Shown: positions 9,435 through 19,354, counted from the first letter of the stretch. The stretch is 64,000 nt of DNA from Vulcanimicrobiota bacterium (GCA_963733295.1 CAVTCS010000003.1:960001-1024000); one strand, 5' to 3'. Numbers and translations: made by a program. Notes: generated by a model from the letters alone, not told the origin.

Positions 9435-10763
9435 TTGCTCCAGAATCTGCGCGCGGCGCTCCTGGTCCCGGATATCCGCAAGCGGATTATCTTCGTGTTC
9501 TTCGCTTTCGCGGTTTTCGTCATGATGATTCACGTGCAGCTCCCCAACGTCGACCAGGCTCGTTGGCAAGAGATGCTCCGGGGCGGGACCTTCTATAATT
9601 TCCTCGGCTTCTTGACCGGCGGCGCGCTGCAGAAGCTCTCGATCATCGCGATGGGCATCACGCCCTACATCAACGCGTCGATCATCATGCAGCTGATGAC
9701 GGTCGTCATCCCGCAGCTCGAGGAGCTGGCCAAGAAAGGCGGCGAGGAAGGCCGCCGCAAGATCAGTCAGTACACGCGCTGGTTGACGATCGTCCTGGCG
9801 ATCGTGCAGGCTTCGACGATGTCGATCAACATGCAGCGTTCGGGAGTGTTCTACGACCAATCCTGGACGTTCTTGGTCTACGCGATCGTCGCGTTCGTTT
9901 CGGGAACGCTCTTTCTGATGTGGCTCGGCGAACAGATCAGCGACAAGGGGATCGGCAACGGGGTCTCGCTGATCATCTTCATCGGCATCGTGCTGCGCTA
10001 TCCCAGTCAAGCGCTGCAGACGATCCAACTCGGGCAGAAGCAGGGCCTCAATGTCCTGGGACTCGTCGCCTTCGCCGCGATCGCGCTCGTCACGATCGTT
10101 TCGATCATCTTCATGTACCTGGGGCAGCGCCGCATTCCGGTCCAGCAAGCGCGCCGCGTCGTCGGCCGTAAAATGTTCGCCGGCCGCTCCTCGTACATTC
10201 CGCTGCGGCTCAACAACGCCGGCGTCATCTCGATCATCTTCGCGATCTCGATCTTGCTGCTCCCGCAGCAGGCGCTAGGATGGTTCGGACACTCGACCGT
10301 CCTGCCGACGTACGCGACGTTCGGCTTCCTCAGTTTTCCAACCAACTTCGCGGCGGTCGCCCTCTGGTTGGAGACGTATTTCAGTCCGAGCAGCTTCCTC
10401 TACAACTTGGCGTACTTCTTGCTGGTCGTGGTGTTCACGTTCTTCTACAGTTCGATCGTCGTGAACATCAAAGACATCGCCGACAACCTCAAGAAAAGCG
10501 GCTCGTTCATTCCGGGCATCCGGCCCGGACAGCCAACCGAAGAGTATATCCGGCGCATCCTGTTCAGGATCACGACCGTCGCGGCGGTGTACCTCGGCTT
10601 ACTCGCGGTCTTGCCTTCGACGCTGCAGCATGGCCTCCAAGTCACGACCGTCTATCTCGGTTCGACTTCCCTGCTGATCGTCGTCGGCGTCGCGCTCGAC
10701 ACGATGACGCAGATCGAGGCGCGGCTCGCGATGCGCGACTACAAAGGCTTCATGAAGCGATGA
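9435..10763 (+). CDS. secY: Preprotein translocase subunit SecY
   Basis: SIIAMGITPYINASIIMQL, WLGEQISDKGIGNGVSLIIF, FIPGIRPG, GSTSLLIVVGV; TTG start. Confidence 0.99.
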   Translation: MLQNLRAALLVPDIRKRIIFVFFAFAVFVMMIHVQLPNVDQARWQEMLRGGTFYNFLGFLTGGALQKLSIIAMGITPYINASIIMQLMTVVIPQLEELAKKGGEEGRRKISQYTRWLTIVLAIVQASTMSINMQRSGVFYDQSWTFLVYAIVAFVSGTLFLMWLGEQISDKGIGNGVSLIIFIGIVLRYPSQALQTIQLGQKQGLNVLGLVAFAAIALVTIVSIIFMYLGQRRIPVQQARRVVGRKMFAGRSSYIPLRLNNAGVISIIFAISILLLPQQALGWFGHSTVLPTYATFGFLSFPTNFAAVALWLETYFSPSSFLYNLAYFLLVVVFTFFYSSIVVNIKDIADNLKKSGSFIPGIRPGQPTEEYIRRILFRITTVAAVYLGLLAVLPSTLQHGLQVTTVYLGSTSLLIVVGVALDTMTQIEARLAMRDYKGFMKR

Positions 10764-11428
10764 GCGGACGGGTTGCGCGCGTCGTCTTTCTCGGACCACC
10801 TGGGGCGGGCAAAGGCACGCAGGCCAAAGCGCTCGAGGATCGCCTCGCGCTGCGTCAGATCTCGACCGGGGACATCCTGCGCCGCAACGTCGCCGAAGGG
10901 ACCGAGCTTGGCCGGCAGGCGAAGCCCTACATGGAAGCGGGCGGCTTGGTTCCCGACGCCTTGATCGTGGGCATGATGGAACCCGAACTCGCGCGCAACG
11001 ATTCGTTTTTACTCGACGGATTTCCGCGCACGGTCGCGCAGGCGGTGGCGCTCGATGCAGCGCTGCAGAGTTTGGGAAAACCGTTGACGGCGGTGGTCTT
11101 GATCGACGCCTCCCGGGAACAGCTGGTGAAGCGCCTGACGGGACGCTGGACCAACCCGCGCACGGGGCGCACCTACCACAGCGAATTCAATCCGCCGAAG
11201 GTTCCCGGCGTCGACGACATCGACGGGGGTCCGCTCGAACAACGGTTCGACGATACGGCGGAGCTCGTTTCGGAGCGGCTCGCGACGTACGACGCGAAGA
11301 CCGCGCCGCTCATCGACTACTATCGCCGGACCGGTTTGCTCGTGACGATCGACGGGTTCAAACCGATCGCGGAAGTGAGTGCCGACGTTCTGCGCGCGAT
11401 CGCGGCCAAGAGCGGGCAGGCGGCATGA
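10760..11428 (+). CDS. adk: Adenylate kinase
   Basis: FLGPPGAGKGTQA, ISTGDILR, LLDGFPRT; ATG overlaps the secY stop. Confidence 0.98.
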   Translation: MSGRVARVVFLGPPGAGKGTQAKALEDRLALRQISTGDILRRNVAEGTELGRQAKPYMEAGGLVPDALIVGMMEPELARNDSFLLDGFPRTVAQAVALDAALQSLGKPLTAVVLIDASREQLVKRLTGRWTNPRTGRTYHSEFNPPKVPGVDDIDGGPLEQRFDDTAELVSERLATYDAKTAPLIDYYRRTGLLVTIDGFKPIAEVSADVLRAIAAKSGQAA

Positions 11429-12228
11429 TCAATCTCAAATCCGCTCGCGAGATCGAGATCATGCGCCGCAGCGGGAAGATTACGTCGAACGCGTTGACGA
11501 TGCTGTTGCAGTCCGCGCGCGCGGGCATGACGTTGCTGGAACTCGACCGCCTCGCCGAACAGTCGATTCGCGAACAGGGTGGTCTGCCTACGTTCAAAGG
11601 CTACCACGGTTTTCCGGCCTCGATTTGCGCGTCGGTGAACGAGGTCGTCGTGCACGGCATTCCGACCGACCGCGTTCTCAAGGACGGCGACATCCTCTCG
11701 ATCGACATCGGAACGACCTTTGAGGGGTACGTGAGCGACTCGGCCGCGACGGTCGCGATCGGCAAAGTCAGCGTTGAGGCCGAACGCCTCATGCGGGTCA
11801 CGCAGGAGTCGCTGATGCTCGGGATCGCTCAAATGCAGCAGGGCAGGCGCCTTTCGGACATCTCCCACGCCGTCCAGCAGCACGCCGAGTCGAACGGATA
11901 CGGCGTCGTCCGCGTTCTCGTCGGTCACGGGGTCGGCACGAACATGCACGAGGAGCCGCAGGTGCCGAACTTCGGCCCGCCCGGCCAGGGAATCGTCCTG
12001 CGCCCGGGGTTGTGTCTCGCGATCGAGCCGATGATCACCGAGGGGAGCTTCGAGGTCGAAACCCTCAAGGACGGCTGGACAGTCGTGACGGCAGATGGTA
12101 AGCTCGCAGCGCACTTCGAGCACACGATCGCGCTCACCGAGGACGGGCCGCGGATTCTGACCCTGCGCAACGTCCTCGAACACGCCGATGCGGCGCTGTA
12201 CCGTCCGAAGGAAGAGATCGCGGCCTAG
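11425..12228 (+). CDS. map: Methionine aminopeptidase type I
   Basis: [37 protein letters not shown]. Confidence 0.98.
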   Translation: MINLKSAREIEIMRRSGKITSNALTMLLQSARAGMTLLELDRLAEQSIREQGGLPTFKGYHGFPASICASVNEVVVHGIPTDRVLKDGDILSIDIGTTFEGYVSDSAATVAIGKVSVEAERLMRVTQESLMLGIAQMQQGRRLSDISHAVQQHAESNGYGVVRVLVGHGVGTNMHEEPQVPNFGPPGQGIVLRPGLCLAIEPMITEGSFEVETLKDGWTVVTADGKLAAHFEHTIALTEDGPRILTLRNVLEHADAALYRPKEEIAA

Positions 12229-12275
12229 TGCCGCGAGCGCATCATGCACGCCCGAGAAGTGCTGAAAGTAACGAT

Positions 12276-12392
12276 ATGAAAGTCCGACCGTCCGTCAAAC
12301 GCATTTGCGAGAAATGCATCATCATCCGCCGGGAAGGTAAGGTTCGAGTGATCTGCGAGAGCAATCCCAAGCACAAACAGGTGCAGGGCTGA
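12276..12392 (+). CDS. rpmJ: 50S ribosomal protein L36 (below the ORF-track size cutoff)
   Basis: Hand-translated: [41 protein letters not shown] overlaps the rpsM ATG. Confidence 0.97.
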   Translation: MKVRPSVKRICEKCIIIRREGKVRVICESNPKHKQVQG

Positions 12393-12787
12393 TGGCTCGT
12401 ATTGCCGGCATCGACCTGCCCCGCGACAAGCGGATCGAGATCGGGCTGACGTACATCTTCGGCATCGGCCTGCCGACGGCGCAACGGATCTTGGCCGAAA
12501 CGGGCGTCGATCCGAATACGCGGGTCAAGAACCTCTCGGAAGAAGATGAAAAGAAGCTGCGCGACGCTATCGACGGTCAAATCAAGGTCGAAGGCGATCT
12601 TCGCCGCGAGGTTGCGGGTCACATCAAACGTCTGACCGACATCGGATCCTATCGCGGTCAGCGTCATCGGCGCGGGCTCCCGGTTCGCGGACAGCGGACC
12701 AAGACCAACGCGCGCACGCGCAAGGGGCCAAAGAAAACCGTCGGAGCGAAGAAGAAAGCCGCGCCCGCCCCGGGCCTCAAGAAGTAA
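12392..12787 (+). CDS. rpsM: 30S ribosomal protein S13
   Basis: [36 protein letters not shown]. Confidence 0.99.
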   Translation: MARIAGIDLPRDKRIEIGLTYIFGIGLPTAQRILAETGVDPNTRVKNLSEEDEKKLRDAIDGQIKVEGDLRREVAGHIKRLTDIGSYRGQRHRRGLPVRGQRTKTNARTRKGPKKTVGAKKKAAPAPGLKK

Positions 12788-12832
12788 GCGGTAGAGTTCT
12801 TCCGGAAGTCTGCCCAGCACGGAGGATGGGCA

Positions 12833-13879
12833 GTGCTTGAGAACCGGATCGCCAAGGTTTTTGCGGCGCTGAGTTTTTCGGCGGCGCTAAGCGCGTGCGG
12901 CGGAGGCGGCGGTACGCCGCATACGCAGGGAAGTCCGACGCCGGTTCCCAGCGGCGCGACGCCGACTCCGAGCGCGACCGCGACGCCGCACGCGCCGAGT
13001 TTGGTTGCCGTCGGTTCGGTTCAGTCGCACACGGTCAGCCTGTTTCCGCCGACGGCCAACGGAACGGTGGCGCCGGTGCTGTTGACGCTGCCAGGCGGAG
13101 GCATTGCGCCGTTCGCCGTCGCGTTCGATGCCGCGGGCGATCTCTTCGTCGGCGTCTTGTCTCCCGCGAGCGTCCTCGTGTACGCTCCGGGCGCAGCGGC
13201 CGGCTCCGCGCCGCTTCGTACGGTCGCCGGTGGAGCGACCGAAATCTCGCTGCCGATCGGCGTTGCGGTTGACGGGGCGGGCAACCTCTACGTTGCAAAT
13301 GCCGGTTCCGGCGCAATCACTGTTTTTGCGCCCGGCGCGAGCGGAGACGTCGCACCGATTCGAACGATCGCGGGTGCCGCAACCGGCATCGGCGTGTCGA
13401 CGAACGTTTTGCAATCGATTGCCGTCGACTCCGCCGGTACGATCTACGCGGCACTGGCGAGCAATATGAGGGGCGGCGGCATCGCTGTCTTCGCACCGGG
13501 CGCTTCCGGTAACGTCGCGCCGGCAACGACGCTCGCCGGAACGGCGACGGGCCTCGACGGTCCGATCGCCGTCGCACTCGACGCGAACCGTTATATTTAC
13601 GCGATCGATACGAATAGCACCACGGTGCTCGTGTTCGCGCCTGGCGCGACGGGGGATGCAGCGCCGGCGCGGACCTTCAGTTCCGGCGCATTTATCGACG
13701 ATCCGGCGGGTCTTGCGGTGGACGGTCTCGGAAACATCTACGTCTCGAGTCAAATGGGAGGTCTCGGCGGAAGTTACAGCGTCTTCCCGGCGTCCTCGAG
13801 CGGAGTGGGCGTGCCGACCTATACCGCGACCGCGACGGGCGGCGTTCTCGATCAAGCGTACGGAATTGCCGTCCGATGA
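12833..13879 (+). CDS. Secreted lipoprotein with NHL-like beta-propeller repeats
   Basis: Lipobox LSAC-GGGG, Thr/Pro linker, ~5 repeats of P.GVAVD.AGNLYV...I.VFAPGASG.VAP.RT. Confidence 0.75.
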   Translation: MLENRIAKVFAALSFSAALSACGGGGGTPHTQGSPTPVPSGATPTPSATATPHAPSLVAVGSVQSHTVSLFPPTANGTVAPVLLTLPGGGIAPFAVAFDAAGDLFVGVLSPASVLVYAPGAAAGSAPLRTVAGGATEISLPIGVAVDGAGNLYVANAGSGAITVFAPGASGDVAPIRTIAGAATGIGVSTNVLQSIAVDSAGTIYAALASNMRGGGIAVFAPGASGNVAPATTLAGTATGLDGPIAVALDANRYIYAIDTNSTTVLVFAPGATGDAAPARTFSSGAFIDDPAGLAVDGLGNIYVSSQMGGLGGSYSVFPASSSGVGVPTYTATATGGVLDQAYGIAVR

Positions 13880-13889
13880 GGAATCGCTC

Positions 13890-14267
13890 GTGAACCCTTT
13901 CAATGCGTTCGATCACGTTCAACTCGCGATGCCGGCCGGAGAAGAGGCCCTGGCGCAAGCCTTCTATGCGGATCTTTGCGGCATGACGGTGCTCCCGAAA
14001 CCGGCCGACCTCGCGGGACGCGGCGGAGTCTGGTTCGCCAGCGGCGGCCTGCAATTGCACCTCGGAGTCGATCCGAACTTCGTGCCCGCGGCAAAAGCGC
14101 ACGTCGCGTTGCGCTGCGCCGACTACGGAGGACTGGTGGCGAAGCTTGAAGCCGCCGGTCACAAGGTCACCGTCGCCGGGACCTTCGAAGACGGCGCGAT
14201 CCACGCGTACGTCGCCGATCCGTTCGGCAACCGGTTGGAATTGGTCGGAGGTCCGAACGCCGGCTAA
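13890..14267 (+). CDS. Glyoxalase/VOC family protein
   Basis: DHVQLAMPAG..A.AFY...LHLGV...KAHVAL...DPFGNRLEL; GTG after GAGG. Confidence 0.88.
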   Translation: MNPFNAFDHVQLAMPAGEEALAQAFYADLCGMTVLPKPADLAGRGGVWFASGGLQLHLGVDPNFVPAAKAHVALRCADYGGLVAKLEAAGHKVTVAGTFEDGAIHAYVADPFGNRLELVGGPNAG

Positions 14268-15838
14268 TCGACGCCGGCCGCGGCGCTCGCGGCGGCGTTC
14301 ATTTTACGCGTGCTTTTTAACATGAAGACGAGCGGAATCGAGAAGACGAAGACCAGCGCGCAGATGCGGAAAACGTAATCGTACGAAAGCACGATCGCGT
14401 TTTGCGTAACGGTGGCGGAGAGTGAGGCCAGCGCATGGGCGCGGTTCGTGGCCTCGTTCAGCATCGAAGCGACCGCGGGATTCGAAAGCGTAACGCTGCC
14501 GGCCAGCGCCTGCTGATCGAAATCCTGACGCCGGATTTGCAGTAATTCGAGAATCGCTATGCCGAGACTCCCGCCCAGTTGACGAACGAGCGTGTAGAGC
14601 CCGGTGGCGTTGGCCATCTTCGCGTTACTGATCGCCGAAAGCGTCACCGTCGTCAGCGGCACGAACAGAAAGCCGAGCGCAAAGCCTTGCATCGCGCGCG
14701 GCCAGAAGATGTCCCAGTATCCAGCGCTCTGAGTCAATCCGCCCATGTACCACGAGCCTATGCCGAAGAGCGCAAGGCCGGCCGCGATCGAGATGCGTCC
14801 GTCGATGAGGTTCGTCAAGCGCCCGGCGATGGGCATGCTGAGCGCCGTCGCGACCGCTCCGGGGAGGAGCGCGACGCCGGTCTGCCAGGCGCTGAAACCT
14901 AAGACGTTTTGGAAGAACAGCGGGAGCACGAGATTGAGACCGAAGAGGCCGAAGCCGCTCACGACGGCGATGATCGAGCCCGACGTGAACGAGCGCGAAC
15001 GGAAGACGCTCAGGTCGACGAAGGGGTGCGGATCGCGGATCTCGCGCACGATGAAGAAAGCGAGTGCCGCGAGCGACACGATGGTCATGATCGTAATGCC
15101 GCCCGAACTGAACCAGTCGTCGCGTTGACCGCGCTCAAGGACGTACTGCAGGGCAGCGACGCCGATGGCCATCGCGGAGAGGCCGATCAGGTCGATGCCC
15201 CGGCTCGGTTTTTTGATGTACGACGGATCGCGAATGTAGGCGAGCGTCATCATGAAGGCGACGATGCCGATCGGGATGTTGATGTAGAAGATCAGCGGCC
15301 AGCTGAAACTGTCGACGATGTAGCCGCCTAGGGTCGGGCCGATCGCCGGGCCGACCATCGCACCGAGACCGAAGATGGCCATCGCTTGCCCGCGCTTGTG
15401 CGGCGGATACGACTCGAACAGAATCGACTGCGCGGTCGGCTGAAGCGCGCCGCCGCCGAGTCCCTGGAGTACGCGCCAGATGACGAGCTCGACGACCGTA
15501 TGCGCCGTTCCGCACAGGAACGAGGCCACGGTGAAGATTCCCAACGACCACAGATAGTATTTTTGGCGCCCGAGGACCGCGGTGAGCCAGCCGTTCAGCG
15601 GCATGACGACGACGTTGGCGAGGATATATCCGGTTGCGACCCACGAGATCTCGTCGATCGACGCGCCCAAGTTGCCGGCCATTTGCGAGAGCGCCACGTT
15701 GACGATCGACGAGTCGATGATCGCCATGATCAAGCCCAGCATCACCGTGGCGGTGATGAGGGCGACCGGCGGCTCGGCCCGGCGCGGCGCGTCTTTCGAG
15801 AACGGCTGCAGCGCGGGACGCAGTGCTAGGGACGCGAT
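14264..15838 (-). CDS. DHA2/EmrB-QacA family MFS efflux transporter (start uncertain; first canonical start 15745)
   Basis: IDSSIVNVAL, WVATGY, RVLQGLGGG, VGPAIGPTLGGYI, RQLGGSLGIA. Confidence 0.92.
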   Translation of the reverse strand: MASLALRPALQPFSKDAPRRAEPPVALITATVMLGLIMAIIDSSIVNVALSQMAGNLGASIDEISWVATGYILANVVVMPLNGWLTAVLGRQKYYLWSLGIFTVASFLCGTAHTVVELVIWRVLQGLGGGALQPTAQSILFESYPPHKRGQAMAIFGLGAMVGPAIGPTLGGYIVDSFSWPLIFYINIPIGIVAFMMTLAYIRDPSYIKKPSRGIDLIGLSAMAIGVAALQYVLERGQRDDWFSSGGITIMTIVSLAALAFFIVREIRDPHPFVDLSVFRSRSFTSGSIIAVVSGFGLFGLNLVLPLFFQNVLGFSAWQTGVALLPGAVATALSMPIAGRLTNLIDGRISIAAGLALFGIGSWYMGGLTQSAGYWDIFWPRAMQGFALGFLFVPLTTVTLSAISNAKMANATGLYTLVRQLGGSLGIAILELLQIRRQDFDQQALAGSVTLSNPAVASMLNEATNRAHALASLSATVTQNAIVLSYDYVFRICALVFVFSIPLVFMLKSTRKMNAAASAAAGVD

Positions 15839-15881
15839 GACGCCGTCTCCGGCTTCCGTCTCGTGTAGAGGGTATGGCGCG

Positions 15882-15897
15882 ATGACATTAAAGTCAT
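15882..15897. promoter_or_regulatory. Putative TetR operator palindrome
   Basis: ATGAC-attaaa-GTCAT in an AT-rich gap between the divergent MFS and tetR genes; adjacent extended -10-like TGtTACCAT at 15898-15906. Confidence 0.6.
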
Positions 15898-15930
15898 TGT
15901 TACCATTACAACGCCGGGAGAATCAAAACG

Positions 15931-16686
15931 GTGTCACACCAGGTCGTCAAAGCGGTCCGCGGGCGGCGCTACCGCTACGAGGTCCAGAGCTATCGCGATC
16001 CCGAGAGCGGCAAAGTTCGCGGACGCTGGCGCTACCTCGGGCGCGTGGAAGCCGAGGGCGATGCGCTCGTGCCTCGGCTGCGACCTCCCGCCGGCACTCG
16101 CGAGCGGCTCCTCGACGCGCTCGCGCTGCTGCTGGACAGCCAAGAATTCTCGGACGTAACCGTCTCGAACATTGCCGCGCAAGCCGGCCTTGCGCACGGC
16201 ACGTTCTACCGCTATTTCAGCGACAAGAATGCGGCGCTCAGAGCCGCCGCGGGACGAATTCGTGAAGAGGCGGAGCGCTCGCGTCCCGACTTCGCCGCGC
16301 CGCTAGGGCAGTTAGCCGCCGAACGCGCCCGGATCCGCGGCTGGGTCGAGACGATGTTGCGCGCGCCGGTCGACCGGCCGGGTCTGCTGCGCGAGTGGTA
16401 CGCCGCGCTGGCGCGCGATCCGGCGTTGCAAGCGGAGCGAGCAAGCAGGCGCGAAGAATCGGTGCGAATGTTCGCCGCGTACCTTCGGCGCTTGAACGCG
16501 GCCGGAAAGATCGCGCTCGAGCGTCCCGCCGAGCTCGCCGAGGCGCTTCTAACGGCGATCGACGGGGCCTTTCGCGGGCTCGCCCTGACCCGTAAGCCCT
16601 TTGGAGAGCCCACCATCGCCGGACTCGCCGACCTCTTCGACCGGGCGATCTTCGGACCGCCTGCGAAGCGGACGAAAGGCAGTTGA
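15931..16686 (+). CDS. TetR/AcrR family regulator with an extra ~45-aa N-terminal domain
   Basis: TRERLLDA...VTVSNIAAQAGLAHGTFYRYFSDK helix-turn-helix; divergent from the MFS gene. Confidence 0.9.
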   Translation: MSHQVVKAVRGRRYRYEVQSYRDPESGKVRGRWRYLGRVEAEGDALVPRLRPPAGTRERLLDALALLLDSQEFSDVTVSNIAAQAGLAHGTFYRYFSDKNAALRAAAGRIREEAERSRPDFAAPLGQLAAERARIRGWVETMLRAPVDRPGLLREWYAALARDPALQAERASRREESVRMFAAYLRRLNAAGKIALERPAELAEALLTAIDGAFRGLALTRKPFGEPTIAGLADLFDRAIFGPPAKRTKGS

Positions 16687-16712
16687 CCGGCGAGGTCGTG
16701 CCCGTGTATACT
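16683..16712 (+). promoter_or_regulatory. Sigma70-like promoter for rpsK-rpsD-rpoA-rplQ
   Basis: TTGACC-18 nt-TATACT, ~160 nt upstream of rpsK. Confidence 0.6.
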
Positions 16713-16874
16713 TCCGTGTCGGCTGTCTTCGGCGGCCTTCGCGCGCTTCGGCGCGACCGGACGTCCTCGCCGCTCGTCCGCGCTCACAGACTACGACGTC
16801 GCGACGGCGTTTAGGGTCGAGGCGACGACACCCCGGGGTCGTGCCGCGGGGCAAGATAAAACGCTGGAGTTCGA

Positions 16875-17270
16875 TTGGCCGCCAAGAAACAAACCAAGAC
16901 GCGCAAAAAGCGCGAGTTTAAGAACGTCGGAGCGGGTGTCGCGCACATCCACTCGTCATTCAACAACACGATCGTCACGATTAGCGACAACCAGGGAAGC
17001 GTCATCGCCTGGGCGTCGGCCGGGAATCTCGGCTTCAAGGGTTCGAAGAAATCGACGCCCTTCGCCGCGCAGATGGCTGCCGAGGCGGTCGCGCGCAAAG
17101 CGATGGATCACGGCATGAAACAAGCCGAGGTCTACGTCAAAGGCCCGGGCGCCGGACGCGAAGCCGCGATCCGCTCGCTCCAAGCTACCGGTCTTGAGAT
17201 CACGCTCATCAAGGACGTGACGCCGATCCCTCACAACGGCTGTCGCCCGCCAAAGCGCCGGCGCGTTTAG
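16875..17270 (+). CDS. rpsK: 30S ribosomal protein S11
   Basis: [49 protein letters not shown] start after GGAG. Confidence 0.99.
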   Translation: MAAKKQTKTRKKREFKNVGAGVAHIHSSFNNTIVTISDNQGSVIAWASAGNLGFKGSKKSTPFAAQMAAEAVARKAMDHGMKQAEVYVKGPGAGREAAIRSLQATGLEITLIKDVTPIPHNGCRPPKRRRV

Positions 17271-17282
17271 GATATAGAGAAG

Positions 17283-17942
17283 ATGTCACGTTATACGGGC
17301 CCCGTCTGCCGTCTGTGCCGCCGCGAAACCGCGGCCAGCAAGACCGGCGAAAAGATCAAGCTCTTTCTCAAAGGCGACCGCTGCCTCTCCAAAAAGTGCG
17401 CCGTCGAGCGGCGCGGTACCGCGCCCGGCCAAAAGACGCAAGGCAAACCGAGCCGCCAGAAGATTTCCGAATACGGCCGCCAACTGCGCGAGAAGCAGAA
17501 GATGCGTCGCTACTACGGCGTGATCGAGACGCAGTTCGAGAATTATTTTCGCGAAGCCGCGCGCGTGCCGGGACAGACGGGAAAAACGTTCTTGCAGCTG
17601 CTCGAACGTCGGCTCGACAACGTCGTTTACCGCACCAACCTCGCGACCAGTCGCGCGCAGGCGCGCCAACTGGTGACCCATCGCCACTTCCGCGTGAACG
17701 GCCGCATCGTCAACATCCCGTCGTACCTAGTGAAACCCGGCGACGTGGTCACGATCGGCGAGCGCTCGAAATCGTCGCCGCTTCTCCAGTCGAACCTCGA
17801 GTACGCAAAGGCGCGCGCGCATCCGGAATGGCTCGAATACGACGATCAGAACGCCGAGATCAAAGTCAACGCGCTTCCCAGCCGCGAGCAGATCGATACT
17901 CCCGTCGACGAGCAACTGATCGTCGAATACTACTCGCGCTAA
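17283..17942 (+). CDS. rpsD: 30S ribosomal protein S4
   Basis: [46 protein letters not shown]. Confidence 0.99.
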   Translation: MSRYTGPVCRLCRRETAASKTGEKIKLFLKGDRCLSKKCAVERRGTAPGQKTQGKPSRQKISEYGRQLREKQKMRRYYGVIETQFENYFREAARVPGQTGKTFLQLLERRLDNVVYRTNLATSRAQARQLVTHRHFRVNGRIVNIPSYLVKPGDVVTIGERSKSSPLLQSNLEYAKARAHPEWLEYDDQNAEIKVNALPSREQIDTPVDEQLIVEYYSR

Positions 17943-18032
17943 ACCACCAAGCCGCCGCTAGGCGTCCGATCGTCACCCGCGTAACGGGTCGGCGGATAAC
18001 GTAAGCGGCAACGAAGGAAACCACAACCGACC

Positions 18033-18959
18033 ATGACGACCATCGAAGCCCCGCAAGGCGCAAGCATCGAGATCCGCGAGCGCCGCGACAATTATGCCAA
18101 ATTCGTGATCGAACCGCTCGAACGCGGTTTCGGCATCACGCTCGGGAACTCGCTAAGGCGCGTTCTGCTCTCGACGATTCCCGGCGCCGCAGTCACCTAC
18201 GTCAAGATCGACGGCGTGCTGCACGAGTTCTCGACCATCCCCGGCATCGTCGAAGATACGACGAACCTGCTCCTCAATCTCAAGGGCTTGCCCATCAAGC
18301 TGAACAGCGACGAGCCGAAGGTGCTCTCGCTCTCCGTGAGCGGCGCGCGCGAGGTGACCGCCTCGGACATCTCGCCGGATGCCGACGTCGAGATCCTGCA
18401 GCCCGATTACCACATCGCCACGATGACGTCGAAGAGCGGCAAGCTTCAGATGGAAATCGGGGTGGAGAAGAGTCGCGGCTACGTGACGGCCGACCGCCAG
18501 CGCAACGTCGAACACATGATCGGGTTGATCCCGATGGATTCCATCTTCTCTCCGATCCGCAAGGTGAACTTCACCGTCGACGACACGCGCGTCGGGCAAT
18601 CGGTCGACTTCGACCGCCTCACGATCGAGATCGAGACGAACGGCTCGATCACTCCGGACGACGCACTTTCGACCTCGGCCGCGATCCTGCAAGAGCAGCT
18701 CGACCTCTTCGTCAACCTCAACAACGAGGAAAAGCCTCCTTCGACGGCTCCGGCCAGCGAATGGGACATTCCGGTCGAGACCCTGAACCTATCGGTCCGC
18801 TCGTTCAACTGCCTCAAACGTGCCGGCATTTCGAAAGTGTCGGAGCTGCTCGATATGACGGAAGACGAGATCATCAAGATGCGCAACTTCGGCAAGAAGT
18901 CGCTCGACGAGATCAAGCAAGTCCTCGAGGAAAGGGGTTTGTCGCTGCGCCAGCCGTAG
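18033..18959 (+). CDS. rpoA: RNA polymerase alpha subunit
   Basis: EPLERGFGITLGNSLRRVLLS, LSVRSFNCLKRAGI, RNFGKKSLDEI. Confidence 0.99.
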   Translation: MTTIEAPQGASIEIRERRDNYAKFVIEPLERGFGITLGNSLRRVLLSTIPGAAVTYVKIDGVLHEFSTIPGIVEDTTNLLLNLKGLPIKLNSDEPKVLSLSVSGAREVTASDISPDADVEILQPDYHIATMTSKSGKLQMEIGVEKSRGYVTADRQRNVEHMIGLIPMDSIFSPIRKVNFTVDDTRVGQSVDFDRLTIEIETNGSITPDDALSTSAAILQEQLDLFVNLNNEEKPPSTAPASEWDIPVETLNLSVRSFNCLKRAGISKVSELLDMTEDEIIKMRNFGKKSLDEIKQVLEERGLSLRQP

Positions 18960-18971
18960 TGACTTCGCACG

Positions 18972-19325
18972 ATGCCTCATCAGATTCACAGCAAGCGGCT
19001 TTCGCGGACCGACGGTCATCGCAAGGCGCTGCTGCGTAACCTCGCGACCTCGTTCTTCAAACACGAGAAGATCGAGACGACCTCGGCCAAAGCTAAGGAA
19101 GTCTCGAAGGTCGTCGAGCGCCTCATCACGACCGCCCGACGCGGCGACCTGCATTCGCGGCGCTTGATCGCCGCGTACCTGACGGAGCCTTCGGTCAGCA
19201 AGAAACTGATGGATCAGATTGCGCCGGCTCTGAAGGAACGCACCGGCGGCTACACGCGCATCGTCAAAACGCGCGTCCGCCCCGGCGATGCGGCCGAGCT
19301 CTCGATTCTGGAGTTGGTGCACTAG
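18972..19325 (+). CDS. rplQ: 50S ribosomal protein L17
   Basis: HRKALLRNLATS...IETTSAKAKE, RTGGYTRIVK. Confidence 0.98.
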   Translation: MPHQIHSKRLSRTDGHRKALLRNLATSFFKHEKIETTSAKAKEVSKVVERLITTARRGDLHSRRLIAAYLTEPSVSKKLMDQIAPALKERTGGYTRIVKTRVRPGDAAELSILELVH

Positions 19326-19354
19326 TGTCGCGCCCCAGAGAGGCGCGACACTAG
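19322..19354 (+). terminator. Perfect 13-bp inverted repeat after rplQ (no U-tract; terminator or processing stem)
   Basis: ctagtgtcgcgcc-ccagaga-ggcgcgacactag. Confidence 0.45.

Noticed and set aside
17943..18032. Hairpin-rich rpsD-rpoA spacer as a separate ncRNA
   Set aside because: Only 90 nt, imperfect pairing, single copy; cannot be supported without homologs.
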